In this document: positions 40,902-50,803 of the stretch, piece after piece
Numbering within the stretch: position 1 is the first letter of the stretch
Layout of the letters: the number at the start of each line of letters is the position of its first letter
Assembly (NCBI GenBank): GCA_031385045.1
Contig: JANNBC010000024.1
Coordinates: 224,001-288,000 of the forward strand
DNA from: a bacterium
Lineage (GTDB): Bacteria; Bdellovibrionota_C; UBA2361; CALJRW01
Length of the DNA: 64,000 bases
Reading direction: 5' to 3'
Position numbers and translations under genes: made by a program
The notes under the pieces: generated by a model
The model's database searches: none
Told to the model about the DNA's origin: nothing
Seen by the model: the letters and a program-made list of their open reading frames with translations, nothing else

Positions 40902-43017
40902 CTTGTTTGTCCTTTAATACATCTGAAATCTTTCGATCATCAGATAAAATATCTAGAATCTCATTAAGCTTTTGTGGTACGGCTAAATCGGAGTTACTAC
41001 CCTTTCCAAAAGATTGAATTAATTTTTTAATCCGTTGCTCTTTCATTTTTGGAGTTGCACCACTATTAATAAATTCATAGGCCTCCCTTAGAGGACTCTT
41101 CTCGCCTTCCGCGTTAAATGCTTCTGGGATCCTCATCTTAAATTGCGCTTGAATCAGTTTCCATCGTTCGTAGGCTGACTGGTTATTTTTAAAGAGCGGG
41201 GTAATAATTTTTACTACATCTTGATCGAAAAATTTCGCAGTGCTTGGGTATAACTGAATCCTACCGATACCTTTAATTCCTTTTAAAATTGAATCTATGT
41301 TAAGTGATCCAGCTTCAAGGGACTCTTCTACTAATTGATAAGCATGACGGTCCGTCTTAAAGAGCGCTAAATTAATCTCTAGATACCCTTTAAAGAAGAG
41401 ATCAGTCAGAGGCGCTAATTCAGTTGCTAACTCTTTAAAAAGCTTTACTTTCACTGGCTCGTTAGTAGTTAAGACAACTCTCCGCTTGTCATCAAAATCT
41501 TCTTGGGTAAGAATATTATACTTTGAGCTAGCTAAAATTGTTCGAATCAAATCAGAACTTATAAATTCTAAATAAACCTTAAAAGTTGGCTTGGGATTAT
41601 GCTTTTCAACAAATCCAACCACTGTATCAACAATAAATGGTAATCTAGATAGTTGATCTTCAGGAAGATTAACTGGAAATAAGAAAAGACCATTACCCTC
41701 AGTATTAGCTAAGGAATAAAGAATTAAGCGATCGGCCTCGATTTTTTTTAAAACATCCAAGAAAGTTTGCTCCAGTTTTTCTCCTAAATATTCCAACTTA
41801 TAATTGAAAATAGTTTCGACAGAGGTGCCCGGTACAAATAATTTTTGTTCAGCAAAACTATTTTCAACATTTGCCAAAGACGATGAAAAACGAAGTAATT
41901 TATCCCCATCTATATCAATTGGAAGATCTATGAAAGTTTGATACATATGTGGAGGGGTTTCACCTTTTTCTAGGAATTTCTTTTCCGCAGCTTGATTATA
42001 CTGATGAACTTTCATGATATCTTGAAGATTAATCTCATGACTGTATGTATCCTGAGGTGACTTATCTAAAAGCATCCCAGAAGCTTTCCAGGCCTCTAAG
42101 TTTAATAACTTACCAAGCTCACTTTGATATAGACTTAGAGTCTGTAAATCAAGCAACATTAAACCATCTACTTTAAGCGAAGTGAGACACTTAACAAGAT
42201 CATTAGATTTATTTAAATCTTCTATTATTTTTACTAAATTTGACTCTAAGAAACGGAGGGAAGACAGCATAATTGCAATATCACCCTCTCCCTTAAGTGA
42301 AGCCTGATTAAAATCTTCGGCATATTTTTTAAAGAATTGATTTAGCCGCGCACTCTCTCCTAGGGTAATTTTATATCCCGAATAATTTAAATCTAGCTTC
42401 AGGGTGTCTTCGTCAACAAAACTTACAAAATCTTTATTAATTCTTAATGATTGAAGATACTCTTGCACCTTTTGTTTTAAAGCTGGAACTTTAAAATATA
42501 TTTTTCCGTTACCAGCAACTTCATTCCAGAAAAAATTAGGAAGCTCCCCTGCAGAAAATTTATCAAATAAAATCTGAGTAAATTGAGGGTAATAAGCCTG
42601 AATTATTTCGGTATTAAAACTAACATACCCATGCCCCTTTAACCCAGAAATAGCTTCTCTTAAAGAATTAATTTGGATCAGGCGACTAAACAAAGCCGAG
42701 GCTTGCGGTTGTAAAAATGCCACAGGTACAACAATATTTTTTGCAAGTGGTGTAAAATCTTTATAAATAAAAGTTTCTCGATTGCTAACTTCGGTAGCGA
42801 TAGTCTTAGATTTTTCTTCTGCTACTTGCTCTGCATTTGAATTGGGATCAAGTAAGACTTGCTCTTTTGGATCGAGCTTATCGGAAACTATTTCGCTTAC
42901 CTCTTCTTTTATAACAGGCTGAGTGGGTGCTGGTTTTTTACTATTCCCAGAAGTTACCCAGATGATATAAATAATTACGATACCACTTAATATTGCTAGT
43001 TTTTTCAATGAACTCAT
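40888..43017 (-). CDS. Membrane-anchored hypothetical protein
   Basis: One N-terminal TM helix, 709 aa; its end overlaps the TraU-like start by 14 bp. Confidence 0.7.
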   Translation of the reverse strand: MSSLKKLAILSGIVIIYIIWVTSGNSKKPAPTQPVIKEEVSEIVSDKLDPKEQVLLDPNSNAEQVAEEKSKTIATEVSNRETFIYKDFTPLAKNIVVPVAFLQPQASALFSRLIQINSLREAISGLKGHGYVSFNTEIIQAYYPQFTQILFDKFSAGELPNFFWNEVAGNGKIYFKVPALKQKVQEYLQSLRINKDFVSFVDEDTLKLDLNYSGYKITLGESARLNQFFKKYAEDFNQASLKGEGDIAIMLSSLRFLESNLVKIIEDLNKSNDLVKCLTSLKVDGLMLLDLQTLSLYQSELGKLLNLEAWKASGMLLDKSPQDTYSHEINLQDIMKVHQYNQAAEKKFLEKGETPPHMYQTFIDLPIDIDGDKLLRFSSSLANVENSFAEQKLFVPGTSVETIFNYKLEYLGEKLEQTFLDVLKKIEADRLILYSLANTEGNGLFLFPVNLPEDQLSRLPFIVDTVVGFVEKHNPKPTFKVYLEFISSDLIRTILASSKYNILTQEDFDDKRRVVLTTNEPVKVKLFKELATELAPLTDLFFKGYLEINLALFKTDRHAYQLVEESLEAGSLNIDSILKGIKGIGRIQLYPSTAKFFDQDVVKIITPLFKNNQSAYERWKLIQAQFKMRIPEAFNAEGEKSPLREAYEFINSGATPKMKEQRIKKLIQSFGKGSNSDLAVPQKLNEILDILSDDRKISDVLKDKQDEGF

Positions 43018-43239
43018 GGTTTTAATTTAACTCAGTTCAAAAACTTAAAACAGTTACTAAGTTCGACTATCTCCTAAAAAATTTCCCTCTCTCTCCTCAC
43101 TCATAAATTAAAGATTTAAGATTTTAAACATTTAGATAACAGACCAAACAAATCGATGGTTAATCACCTATAACTTTGATCCACTAAATCTCCACATTTA
43201 AAATCCCAAGCTTACTCAGCTTGTCTCTGTAAATTAATC

Positions 43240-44637
43240 TTATGAACCTGGGGTCCATCCTCTCTGTAACGGTCCCCAATACCTAGAAGCTCCCAGCGGA
43301 TCCCCGTTAGAATTAGTCCCCGAGATTACTCCATCTTGCTTAACCAAGTTAGAAGTAATTGATAGCGCTGCGTTGGCATTAGTATAAGGGTTAGCTAACT
43401 GGTCATGGGTGAAAGCATCACTTTGTAATCCATAATTAGTTGCATCTGCTGTTGATAATTGAAATAAGCCTCGAGAACCTGTCCCGAACTTACCAACATC
43501 ACCAACATCACCGATATTATATGAAGATTCCTTACCAGCTAACTCCGTAAAGTATCTGGCCCAAGACTCTGAGCTCCCATCAATACCATACTTAGCTCCA
43601 TCGGCCGGAACATATCCATTTAAATCTGAGTTCTTAACTTGCTCATTCATATAAGCGAACAAGTCATCTTTACTTACATTACCAGAGGAAGAGACCGGCA
43701 TAGATCCGTCACCTCCGGTATACTGACTATAATCAGTATTAATTCCACCAGTTCCCAATCCAGTTGTTCCCGTGGTTCCAGTTCCCAATCCAGTTGTTCC
43801 AGTACCCGGTTGGCCTGGTTGCATTGCCTGATTCTGCTGATTCATCGCCGACAGAGTATTGACTACTTGCCCCGCCATAATCAAATTAGAATTTCCAGTT
43901 AATGCACCAAGAGTTGTTAAGATAGTTCCTAACCAATTACCATTGGAGTTATTACTTCCTCCAAACATTCCAAAAATCCCACTTCCGGCACCACCATTCA
44001 TGCCTAACAATCCAGCGATTCCTGCACCAGTATTACCAGCACCAACATTATAGTTACCAAACATTTGCCCTGCAATATTACCAACATTACCCATATTGCC
44101 AAAGTTGTTCATTCCAGGGATTGATTGGTTGTATGCAGTTGGAGCAAGATAAGGAGCAATACAATCCCGATAATCAGAATTATATGGATTACATTGAGGA
44201 TAACGATCTTGCGGATTATTCATTGCTGCGGAAATCCCACCAGCATTCATTGATGTAAACATCTGAGCAATATTACTTACATTTCCACCTAAGAACATCG
44301 AAAGACTTCCTAACAACATTCCTAAAATTGGATTATCCCCCATAACATCAGTAATTCCGACATTACTAATAGTTTGTGTAAGCCCAGCTGCAGCATTCAT
44401 GTTACCGCCTAGCTGGCTAATTGACTGAGCTTGCTGAATACTATTGGGATTTAAATCTAAACGATCATGATCTTGGTTTTGCTGTTGCAAAGCTCGCTGA
44501 CAAATTTTTTGTCCTAAGGGATGATTGGCACAGGGGTCGCCATTCTGGGCGAAGACTACTCCAGAGGGCTGAAGCAATGAGGCTAGTAGACAAACTACTA
44601 CGAAACTATTAGTGGAGAATATTAATCTTTTGTTCAT
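43240..44637 (-). CDS. Secreted protein with Gly/Asn/Met-rich region and C-terminal lytic transglycosylase (SLT-like) domain
   Basis: Signal peptide; WARYFTELAGKESSYN (catalytic ES), SRGLFQLS, LANPYTN and YWGPL. Confidence 0.75.
   Translation of the reverse strand: MNKRLIFSTNSFVVVCLLASLLQPSGVVFAQNGDPCANHPLGQKICQRALQQQNQDHDRLDLNPNSIQQAQSISQLGGNMNAAAGLTQTISNVGITDVMGDNPILGMLLGSLSMFLGGNVSNIAQMFTSMNAGGISAAMNNPQDRYPQCNPYNSDYRDCIAPYLAPTAYNQSIPGMNNFGNMGNVGNIAGQMFGNYNVGAGNTGAGIAGLLGMNGGAGSGIFGMFGGSNNSNGNWLGTILTTLGALTGNSNLIMAGQVVNTLSAMNQQNQAMQPGQPGTGTTGLGTGTTGTTGLGTGGINTDYSQYTGGDGSMPVSSSGNVSKDDLFAYMNEQVKNSDLNGYVPADGAKYGIDGSSESWARYFTELAGKESSYNIGDVGDVGKFGTGSRGLFQLSTADATNYGLQSDAFTHDQLANPYTNANAALSITSNLVKQDGVISGTNSNGDPLGASRYWGPLQRGWTPGS
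43748..43800. repeat. Intragenic 23-bp direct repeat with a 30-bp period, encoding GTTGLGTG
   Basis: CCAGTTCCCAATCCAGTTGTTCC at 43748-43770 and 43778-43800. Confidence 0.85.
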
Positions 44638-44717
44638 TTGAAAACCCTAACTAAAAAAACCCTTCAATAAATGTTATGAGCAAAATGCTCAATCTGATGC
44701 ACCACTTAAGGGATTTT

Positions 44718-45506
44718 TCATTTAAAATATGGATGAAGTATACCGGATGAATGGTAGTCCTCATCATAGTTCTTTAAAGCATTAATCCCCCGATCAACAA
44801 AGAATGCTTCAGTTGTCGTGCGAAATCTCATTGGCAGGCATTCCACCCCTAAACCCTTAGCAACACGATGTATTTCAGTATTTTTATCTGGATAGTAGAC
44901 TAAAAGATCAACTTTTTTTCCTAAAAATTCACTTACATCAACCTCGTTTGGTACTTTTTCAGGAGAAATAAATAGTAAATCTTGCACTGGAGTATTTCCA
45001 GATTGGTTATTCGTTTTGGAAATATTTTTTCTAATTGTACTAGAGCTAGTACATTTCGGAAGCGGAATTGCTTGCTCCATTTGGCTCACTTGAGCTTTTA
45101 ATTGAGGAAGGTATTCCTCTCTAACATACTGCCGAACAGCATCCTGATTTAAGGTAAATTTTTTATAAGAATTCTTTATTACAAGCGGATCTGGGTAATT
45201 AATCCCAGAATTGCCTTTTACATGACCAAAGATTTTAAGTTCAGAGATTTCTTGCTCCCACGGATTTTTAGGATGCTTACCAAGCATTCTCATAATATGA
45301 CGACTATCAGGCTTAACACCATATCTTTCAGCCGATTCGTTTAATTCTTCTTGGGTAAACCGATACTCACTAATTTGTTTTTGTAGCTGTGCTTGCTGTT
45401 CATAGGTCAGGTTCTTAAGAATTTCCCTGGGATCTCCCTGCGCAAATAAAGAATTCACTGTTAGGAAGATAGTAAGTAGCACTTGGACAATTCGTAATCT
45501 CATCAT
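44718..45506 (-). CDS. Exported protein, TraW-like (tentative)
   Basis: Signal peptide; FGHVKGNSGINYPDP resembles the TraW N-terminal 'G..G.ty.IaEpD', and AKGLGVECLPMR resembles the C-terminal 'fgI.aVP'. Confidence 0.45.
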   Translation of the reverse strand: MMRLRIVQVLLTIFLTVNSLFAQGDPREILKNLTYEQQAQLQKQISEYRFTQEELNESAERYGVKPDSRHIMRMLGKHPKNPWEQEISELKIFGHVKGNSGINYPDPLVIKNSYKKFTLNQDAVRQYVREEYLPQLKAQVSQMEQAIPLPKCTSSSTIRKNISKTNNQSGNTPVQDLLFISPEKVPNEVDVSEFLGKKVDLLVYYPDKNTEIHRVAKGLGVECLPMRFRTTTEAFFVDRGINALKNYDEDYHSSGILHPYFK

Positions 45507-45557
45507 AAGCCTAGTCTATATAAAGGAGACTATTGCTTCAATATGCTAAGCGAATCA

Positions 45558-46022
45558 CTAAGACGAGAGTTTCTTAATGTACTTAAGTACTTCCTCGGGA
45601 TGCCCTAGAGGCTTAACCGTGTCAAAAATTTCAACTATCTCTCGTTTCTGATTTAATACATAAGTAATCCGGCTAATTCCCATGTATTTTCTACCCATAA
45701 AGCTTTTTTCAGAATAAATCCCTAATTTAGTAGATAAGGCAAAATCAGAATCTGATAGCATCACTGTTTCTAAGTCATTATTCTTACAGAATTTAGCTTT
45801 GGTTTTTTGATCTCCTCCAGACACCCCAACCAATGCAACATCAAGATTAGCAAACTTCTGTTTTAATTTAGAAAAACCCCTCGACTCAATTGTACAACCC
45901 GGAGTACTGTCTTTAGGATAGAAAAAAATTACTAGCAACTTTTCAGTAAAAGTTTTCAGCGAATAATCTTCGCCCTCCTTATCTAACATATTAAACTGCG
46001 GAAATTTATCGCCGATTTTCAT
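45558..46022 (-). CDS. bcp: Peroxiredoxin Bcp
   Basis: FFYPKDSTPGCTIE, GVS.D and GRKYMGI.R.T. Confidence 0.92.
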   Translation of the reverse strand: MKIGDKFPQFNMLDKEGEDYSLKTFTEKLLVIFFYPKDSTPGCTIESRGFSKLKQKFANLDVALVGVSGGDQKTKAKFCKNNDLETVMLSDSDFALSTKLGIYSEKSFMGRKYMGISRITYVLNQKREIVEIFDTVKPLGHPEEVLKYIKKLSS

Positions 46023-46141
46023 GTAATCCTAATAAAATGTGCTGCTCAAAAGTCTCTAAAAGTTCTAAAAGATCAAGGATTGGAAACGGATACCAATAAA
46101 ATCTAAAACCTGTTAGACTACTATATCTTAACTTCCTGACG

Positions 46142-46735
46142 ATGAAAGTAGTAATTATAAAATACAATGCTGGTAATATCTTCTCTGTAAAAACAGCATT
46201 AGAACGTCTGACTATAGAACTTCCAGGTGCAGAGATCCAGCTCTCTGATCAAGCCTCTGACCTTTTATCAGCTGACAAGATCATTTTCCCCGGCGTTGGT
46301 GAAGCTAGCAGCGCAATGCAGGATCTCAAAAGAAATAATTTAGATTTACTTATTCCTAAATTAACTCAACCGTTTTTGGGTATCTGTCTAGGCCTACAAT
46401 TAATGTGTGACTACTCTGAGGAGAATGAAACTAAGTGCCTAGGGATCATGCCAGTCAGAGTAAGAAAATTTACTGAGCTAAAAGTTCCTCAAATTGGTTG
46501 GAATAATATCTATAATTATCAAACAAGTTTATTTGCAGGTTTCAAAGAAAATGAGTACGTCTACTTCGTTCACAGTTACTATGCAGAGATTTCACCTTAT
46601 ACCATTGCAACAACTGATTATGGTATTAAATACAGCGCTGGCTTAAAAAAAGATAATTTTTACGCGGTACAATTTCATCCTGAAAAAAGTGCTGATATTG
46701 GATCCAAAATCCTGAATAATTTCCTAGTGGCTTAA
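46142..46735 (+). CDS. hisH: Imidazole glycerol phosphate synthase glutaminase subunit
   Basis: YNAGN, PGVG, LGICLGLQ, YFVHSY and QFHPEKS. Confidence 0.95.
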   Translation: MKVVIIKYNAGNIFSVKTALERLTIELPGAEIQLSDQASDLLSADKIIFPGVGEASSAMQDLKRNNLDLLIPKLTQPFLGICLGLQLMCDYSEENETKCLGIMPVRVRKFTELKVPQIGWNNIYNYQTSLFAGFKENEYVYFVHSYYAEISPYTIATTDYGIKYSAGLKKDNFYAVQFHPEKSADIGSKILNNFLVA

Positions 46736-47148
46736 TATGTATCTAAATAACGATCTTCTATTTTTAATTCTTCTAGAACATAGTTAATAACTTGCTTATC
46801 GTCAGTCATTCCGGAAGCAAAGGTATGATCACAAAAGGGATCATTTTCAGAAGCTGCATAGCGCACAGCACCTGCAATTAATCGTTGTTCAGATTGGGTA
46901 CGACTAGGATAAATATCAAGTAAAAACTTACAGACTATAAAAACTGCTTGCGCCTCTTTAGCATTATATTTACTCTCTTCGTTATCGGCAGACTGCTCGG
47001 AATTAACAGCGAAATGAGACTTTAATGAATGAGACAGTTGCTTAAGAGCTTCGGCATCAAGCTCCTCACATAACCGTTCAAATTCTGGTCTAACAAAAGG
47101 TGGGAACTTGGGTAATTTATGTTTTCGCTTTTTTCCAAAAAATATCAT
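46732..47148 (-). CDS. DUF1232/YkvA-like protein
   Basis: GAVRY...DPFCD...GMTDD resembles the Y...D..PD...G..DD motif. Confidence 0.55.
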   Translation of the reverse strand: MIFFGKKRKHKLPKFPPFVRPEFERLCEELDAEALKQLSHSLKSHFAVNSEQSADNEESKYNAKEAQAVFIVCKFLLDIYPSRTQSEQRLIAGAVRYAASENDPFCDHTFASGMTDDKQVINYVLEELKIEDRYLDTY

Positions 47149-47162
47149 AATACTTACTTACC

Positions 47163-48785
47163 ATGTCTAAAGAAATCCTAAAAGGTACTACACTTATCAG
47201 CATACTAACCTTGGTCAGCAGACTCTTAGGGTTCATCTGGAATTTAGTCTTTGCTCAACTCTTTGGAGCTGGTATCTTAGCTGACTGCTTTTTCGTTGCT
47301 TATAAAATTCCAAATCTCTTACGGAGTATCCTGGGAGAGGGAGCACTTTCTGCTGCCTTTATCCCTGTATTCTCGGCTGAGCTAGAAAAAGATCGGCAGT
47401 TGGCAGAAAGAACCTTACGCTCTGTCTCGGGACTACTCTTAATCGCTAGCATTATAATCACAATCCTTGGAATTATTTTTGCACCCTTGATTATTGAATT
47501 AATTGCCCCAGGATATTTAGATGATCCTGATCGTTACCAACTATGTCTAACCTTAACTCAAATTACTCTACCCTATATAATTTTTGTTAGTTTAATTGCC
47601 TTGATTAGTGGCGCCCTTAACTCAGTTAAAAAGTATGGGGCGGCTCCCATCTCACAAATTGTGATGAATGTTGTCATGATTATAGCCTGTTTTTTGGTTA
47701 GCTTTTGGGACACCGAAACTGGAATCAAATTACTAGCATTTTCCGTGATTGTGGGAGGACTTTGCCAAATACTTATCCAATTACCTGCCCTTAAAGCCGC
47801 AGGCTTATCAATCTTCCCTAATGTTAAACTTTTAAATCCTAGTAGCAAACGCGTACTGTTGTTAATGATTCCGGCAAGTTTTGGAGCAGCAATTTATCAA
47901 ATATCGATTTTTATCAATACCATGCTCGCCACATTACTTCCGACAGGGAGTGTCTCTTGGCTTTTTTATGCCGACCGGCTTTCCCAATTACCAATTGGCG
48001 TATTAACAATTGCAATTATGTCTGTTCTATTACCAGAGCTATCTCGCTCCCAAGCAAATAATAATCAAGAAGCCTTCCAACATAATATGAATAACTCACT
48101 TCGTTATTTAAGCTTCTTAATTATTCCTTCCGCGGCTGGACTAATTATCTTAGCGGAGCCCTTAATCAAAGTATTTTTTGAACGTGGAGAATTCCTAGCT
48201 TTAGATACTTGGCAAACAGCACTGGCCCTTCAAGCTACCGCCTTTGGACTCTGGGGTATTAGTTGTAATTCTATTATCAGCAGAGGATTCTTAGCTCAAC
48301 AAGATACCCTAACTCCTAGTCTACTGGGGATCTTAACTTTGGTTATTAATACTGCCTTAGCACTATTACTAATGGGCCAGATTAATTTTACTGGAGATAA
48401 TTTCTTTCTCCACGCAATTGTCTATCTGCAAAAATTATTAACAGCATTTCTGCCTCATGCCGATTTTTTTCATGTTGGCTTAGCATTAGCCTCAGGGCTG
48501 GCCTTAACATTTACGCTAGTAATTAGCATGTTCATTTTAGATCGTCGTCTAGCGAATTGGAGCTTTAAACCATTTCTAAAAGCTAGCCTGATTTCCTTAG
48601 TTGCTTCTATCTTAATGATGGGAATAATTAAAATCCTTAAAGAATTAATTCCCAACGATATCTTGTTAATTGCTATTGCCTGTCCCGTTGCTGTAATTAG
48701 TTACTTTGTATTTTATCAGCTACTTGGTGGCCAAGAAATTAAGGAATTAAGAAACCTATTTAGAAGAAAAATTAAACCTTCCTAG
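47163..48785 (+). CDS. murJ: Lipid II flippase MurJ
   Basis: SRLLG, IPNLLRSILGEGALSAAFIP and YADRLSQLPIG. Confidence 0.95.
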   Translation: MSKEILKGTTLISILTLVSRLLGFIWNLVFAQLFGAGILADCFFVAYKIPNLLRSILGEGALSAAFIPVFSAELEKDRQLAERTLRSVSGLLLIASIIITILGIIFAPLIIELIAPGYLDDPDRYQLCLTLTQITLPYIIFVSLIALISGALNSVKKYGAAPISQIVMNVVMIIACFLVSFWDTETGIKLLAFSVIVGGLCQILIQLPALKAAGLSIFPNVKLLNPSSKRVLLLMIPASFGAAIYQISIFINTMLATLLPTGSVSWLFYADRLSQLPIGVLTIAIMSVLLPELSRSQANNNQEAFQHNMNNSLRYLSFLIIPSAAGLIILAEPLIKVFFERGEFLALDTWQTALALQATAFGLWGISCNSIISRGFLAQQDTLTPSLLGILTLVINTALALLLMGQINFTGDNFFLHAIVYLQKLLTAFLPHADFFHVGLALASGLALTFTLVISMFILDRRLANWSFKPFLKASLISLVASILMMGIIKILKELIPNDILLIAIACPVAVISYFVFYQLLGGQEIKELRNLFRRKIKPS

Positions 48786-48791
48786 GCAGTA

Positions 48792-49619
48792 CTATTTGGA
48801 TAACTCATTACTACGCTTTAATGCTGCTTGAAATGCAAGCTGTAGTGAGTGATTAATTTTCTTTGCTTCAAAGACATTAAGTGCCGCTTCGGTAGTACCA
48901 CCCTTGGACTTAACCTTAGCGATTAACTGACTAGGCGTGATTTTTTGAGACTTAATAAATTCGATAGTCCCAGCAAAAGTTTGCCAGACAATTTGCTCAG
49001 AAATCTCTTTGGAGAAACCAAATTTTTTGGCAGCCTCTTCTAAGGCCATCATTAAAAAAGCTACGTAGGCAGGACCACTACCAGCTAGAGCTGTAATCTG
49101 ATTAATTTTCTTTTCTTCCGACAATTCTAGAAATAATCCCTGTTTAGAAAAAATTTTCTTAATTAATTTTTTTTCTTTTAGCGATACAGAGGAGTCATAA
49201 AAACAACCAAGGACAGCCTGTTTAAACTCAATTGCTAAGTTAGGCATTAACCGAACTACTTTCTTAACACCAAGGATTTTTTTTATTTTAGCGATAGAGA
49301 TACCAGCCATAACGGAAAGGACAACAGTCTCCCTAGAAACTTTCTTTTTTAACTCGACACTTAGTTCCACAAAGTCTTGAGGTTTAACTGCCAGAATTAT
49401 AAAGTCAGATTGTGACATTCCAATCACACTAGAGAAAATTTGAATTTGTGGTGCTAACTTTTTAATTTTTTTAAGTTTACCTAGATCTCGATTAATCAAA
49501 GTTAAACTTTTTGGTGAAATCACTTGCTCGGCAATTATTGTTTTGGCAATTGGCAGACCCATATTGCCTAAACCAATAATTGCTAAACTAACGGGCTTTG
49601 CCACGGATTGGATCCTCAA
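48792..49619 (-). CDS. proC: Pyrroline-5-carboxylate reductase (start uncertain)
   Basis: IGLGNMG, LAVKPQ, RLMPN, GSGPAY and SKGGTT. Confidence 0.93.
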   Translation of the reverse strand: MRIQSVAKPVSLAIIGLGNMGLPIAKTIIAEQVISPKSLTLINRDLGKLKKIKKLAPQIQIFSSVIGMSQSDFIILAVKPQDFVELSVELKKKVSRETVVLSVMAGISIAKIKKILGVKKVVRLMPNLAIEFKQAVLGCFYDSSVSLKEKKLIKKIFSKQGLFLELSEEKKINQITALAGSGPAYVAFLMMALEEAAKKFGFSKEISEQIVWQTFAGTIEFIKSQKITPSQLIAKVKSKGGTTEAALNVFEAKKINHSLQLAFQAALKRSNELSK

Positions 49620-49878
49620 CAGTAAATGTTTCTCCAGATTTTAAATTAAGAAACAACATCATCTGTTCAACTAGCATGTTATAATCTTCCTTCTTTCCCA
49701 TATTCAGACGATATTCATTAATAATCTTAATCTGCATATCATCTTTCCACATGGCCCAAGCTTTTGCAGATATTTTTTCAAAAATTTCTTGCCCAACAGC
49801 TCCAGAAAATGGAGGTTTAGATAAGCCAGGGAGCTCCTGACTTAATTTAATACAATTTACAATTCTTTCTTCAGTCAT
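49588..49878 (-). CDS. yggX: Fe(II)-trafficking/oxidative damage protection protein
   Basis: VNCIKL...GL..PP..G..G..I...IS..AW..W and IINEYRLN. Confidence 0.88.
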   Translation of the reverse strand: MTEERIVNCIKLSQELPGLSKPPFSGAVGQEIFEKISAKAWAMWKDDMQIKIINEYRLNMGKKEDYNMLVEQMMLFLNLKSGETFTVEDPIRGKAR

Positions 49879-50088
49879 AGTATTTAGGGGTGTTTAGAAC
49901 AGTGCGTAAGATAGATGAAACAATAAAAACTTTCAAACTATCGAAGCAAATAATGCCACTAAATGAAAGTATTCAAGTTTTTTTATGTTTTTACAAAACT
50001 TTTACATTTAAATTACACAACCATGACACAAGGGGCTTCATAACGTGAGATAAGGGTATAACAACTCAGCCTTTTAAGGAGAATGCTC

Positions 50089-50721
50089 ATGACTAAGAAA
50101 CTTACGGATCTGGAATTGGTGATTGAACTACAAAATGGTGAAAAATCAGCCTTTGAAGAACTTTTTAAGCGTTATAGTGAAAAGGCCTACCACCTAGCTT
50201 ATCGCATTACTCGAAAAGAGGAAGATGCTGAGGAAATTATCCAAGAAACGTTTATTAATGTTTTTGCTAAAATTAACTCCTTCCAAGGAAAATCAGCATT
50301 TTCTAGCTGGTTATATAGAATTACCTTCAATACAGCCTTAATGAAGCTTAGAAAAAGAAAAAAACACTTAACTTTGCCTTTAGAAACAAATAATCAATCA
50401 GAAGAGTCATTCACTGTTGAATATTGCTCTGAAGAAGAGCACCACCGCTGTGAAGTTTTCCCAATTCGTCATGAATTACGTGGTCATATTGAAAAAGCAG
50501 TTAATTCTCTTCCAGAAGAATACCGTTCAATCTTCGTACTACGTGATATTGATGGCTTAAGTAACCAGGAAGTAAGTGAAATGTTGGACTTAACAATTCC
50601 AGCAATCAAGTCTCGCTTACACCGAGCTCGTCTAATGTTACAAGCTAGATTAGAAAATTATTACAATGATTTTTGTAATGAGACTCTAATCCTGGAAGGA
50701 AACCAAAAACTAGCTGCCTAG
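50089..50721 (+). CDS. ECF sigma-70 factor
   Basis: DAEEIIQETF, FSSWLYRI, region 4 LPEEYR...IKSRLHRAR; AAGGAG is correctly spaced for ATG 50089. Confidence 0.92.
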   Translation: MTKKLTDLELVIELQNGEKSAFEELFKRYSEKAYHLAYRITRKEEDAEEIIQETFINVFAKINSFQGKSAFSSWLYRITFNTALMKLRKRKKHLTLPLETNNQSEESFTVEYCSEEEHHRCEVFPIRHELRGHIEKAVNSLPEEYRSIFVLRDIDGLSNQEVSEMLDLTIPAIKSRLHRARLMLQARLENYYNDFCNETLILEGNQKLAA

Positions 50722-50803
50722 GTGGGTGATGCTTCGTGAAAGTACACTAGGTTTATATCTTGCAGTCTTAATATCCTGATACTTGAGCCTTGTTTGTAAA
50801 TTT

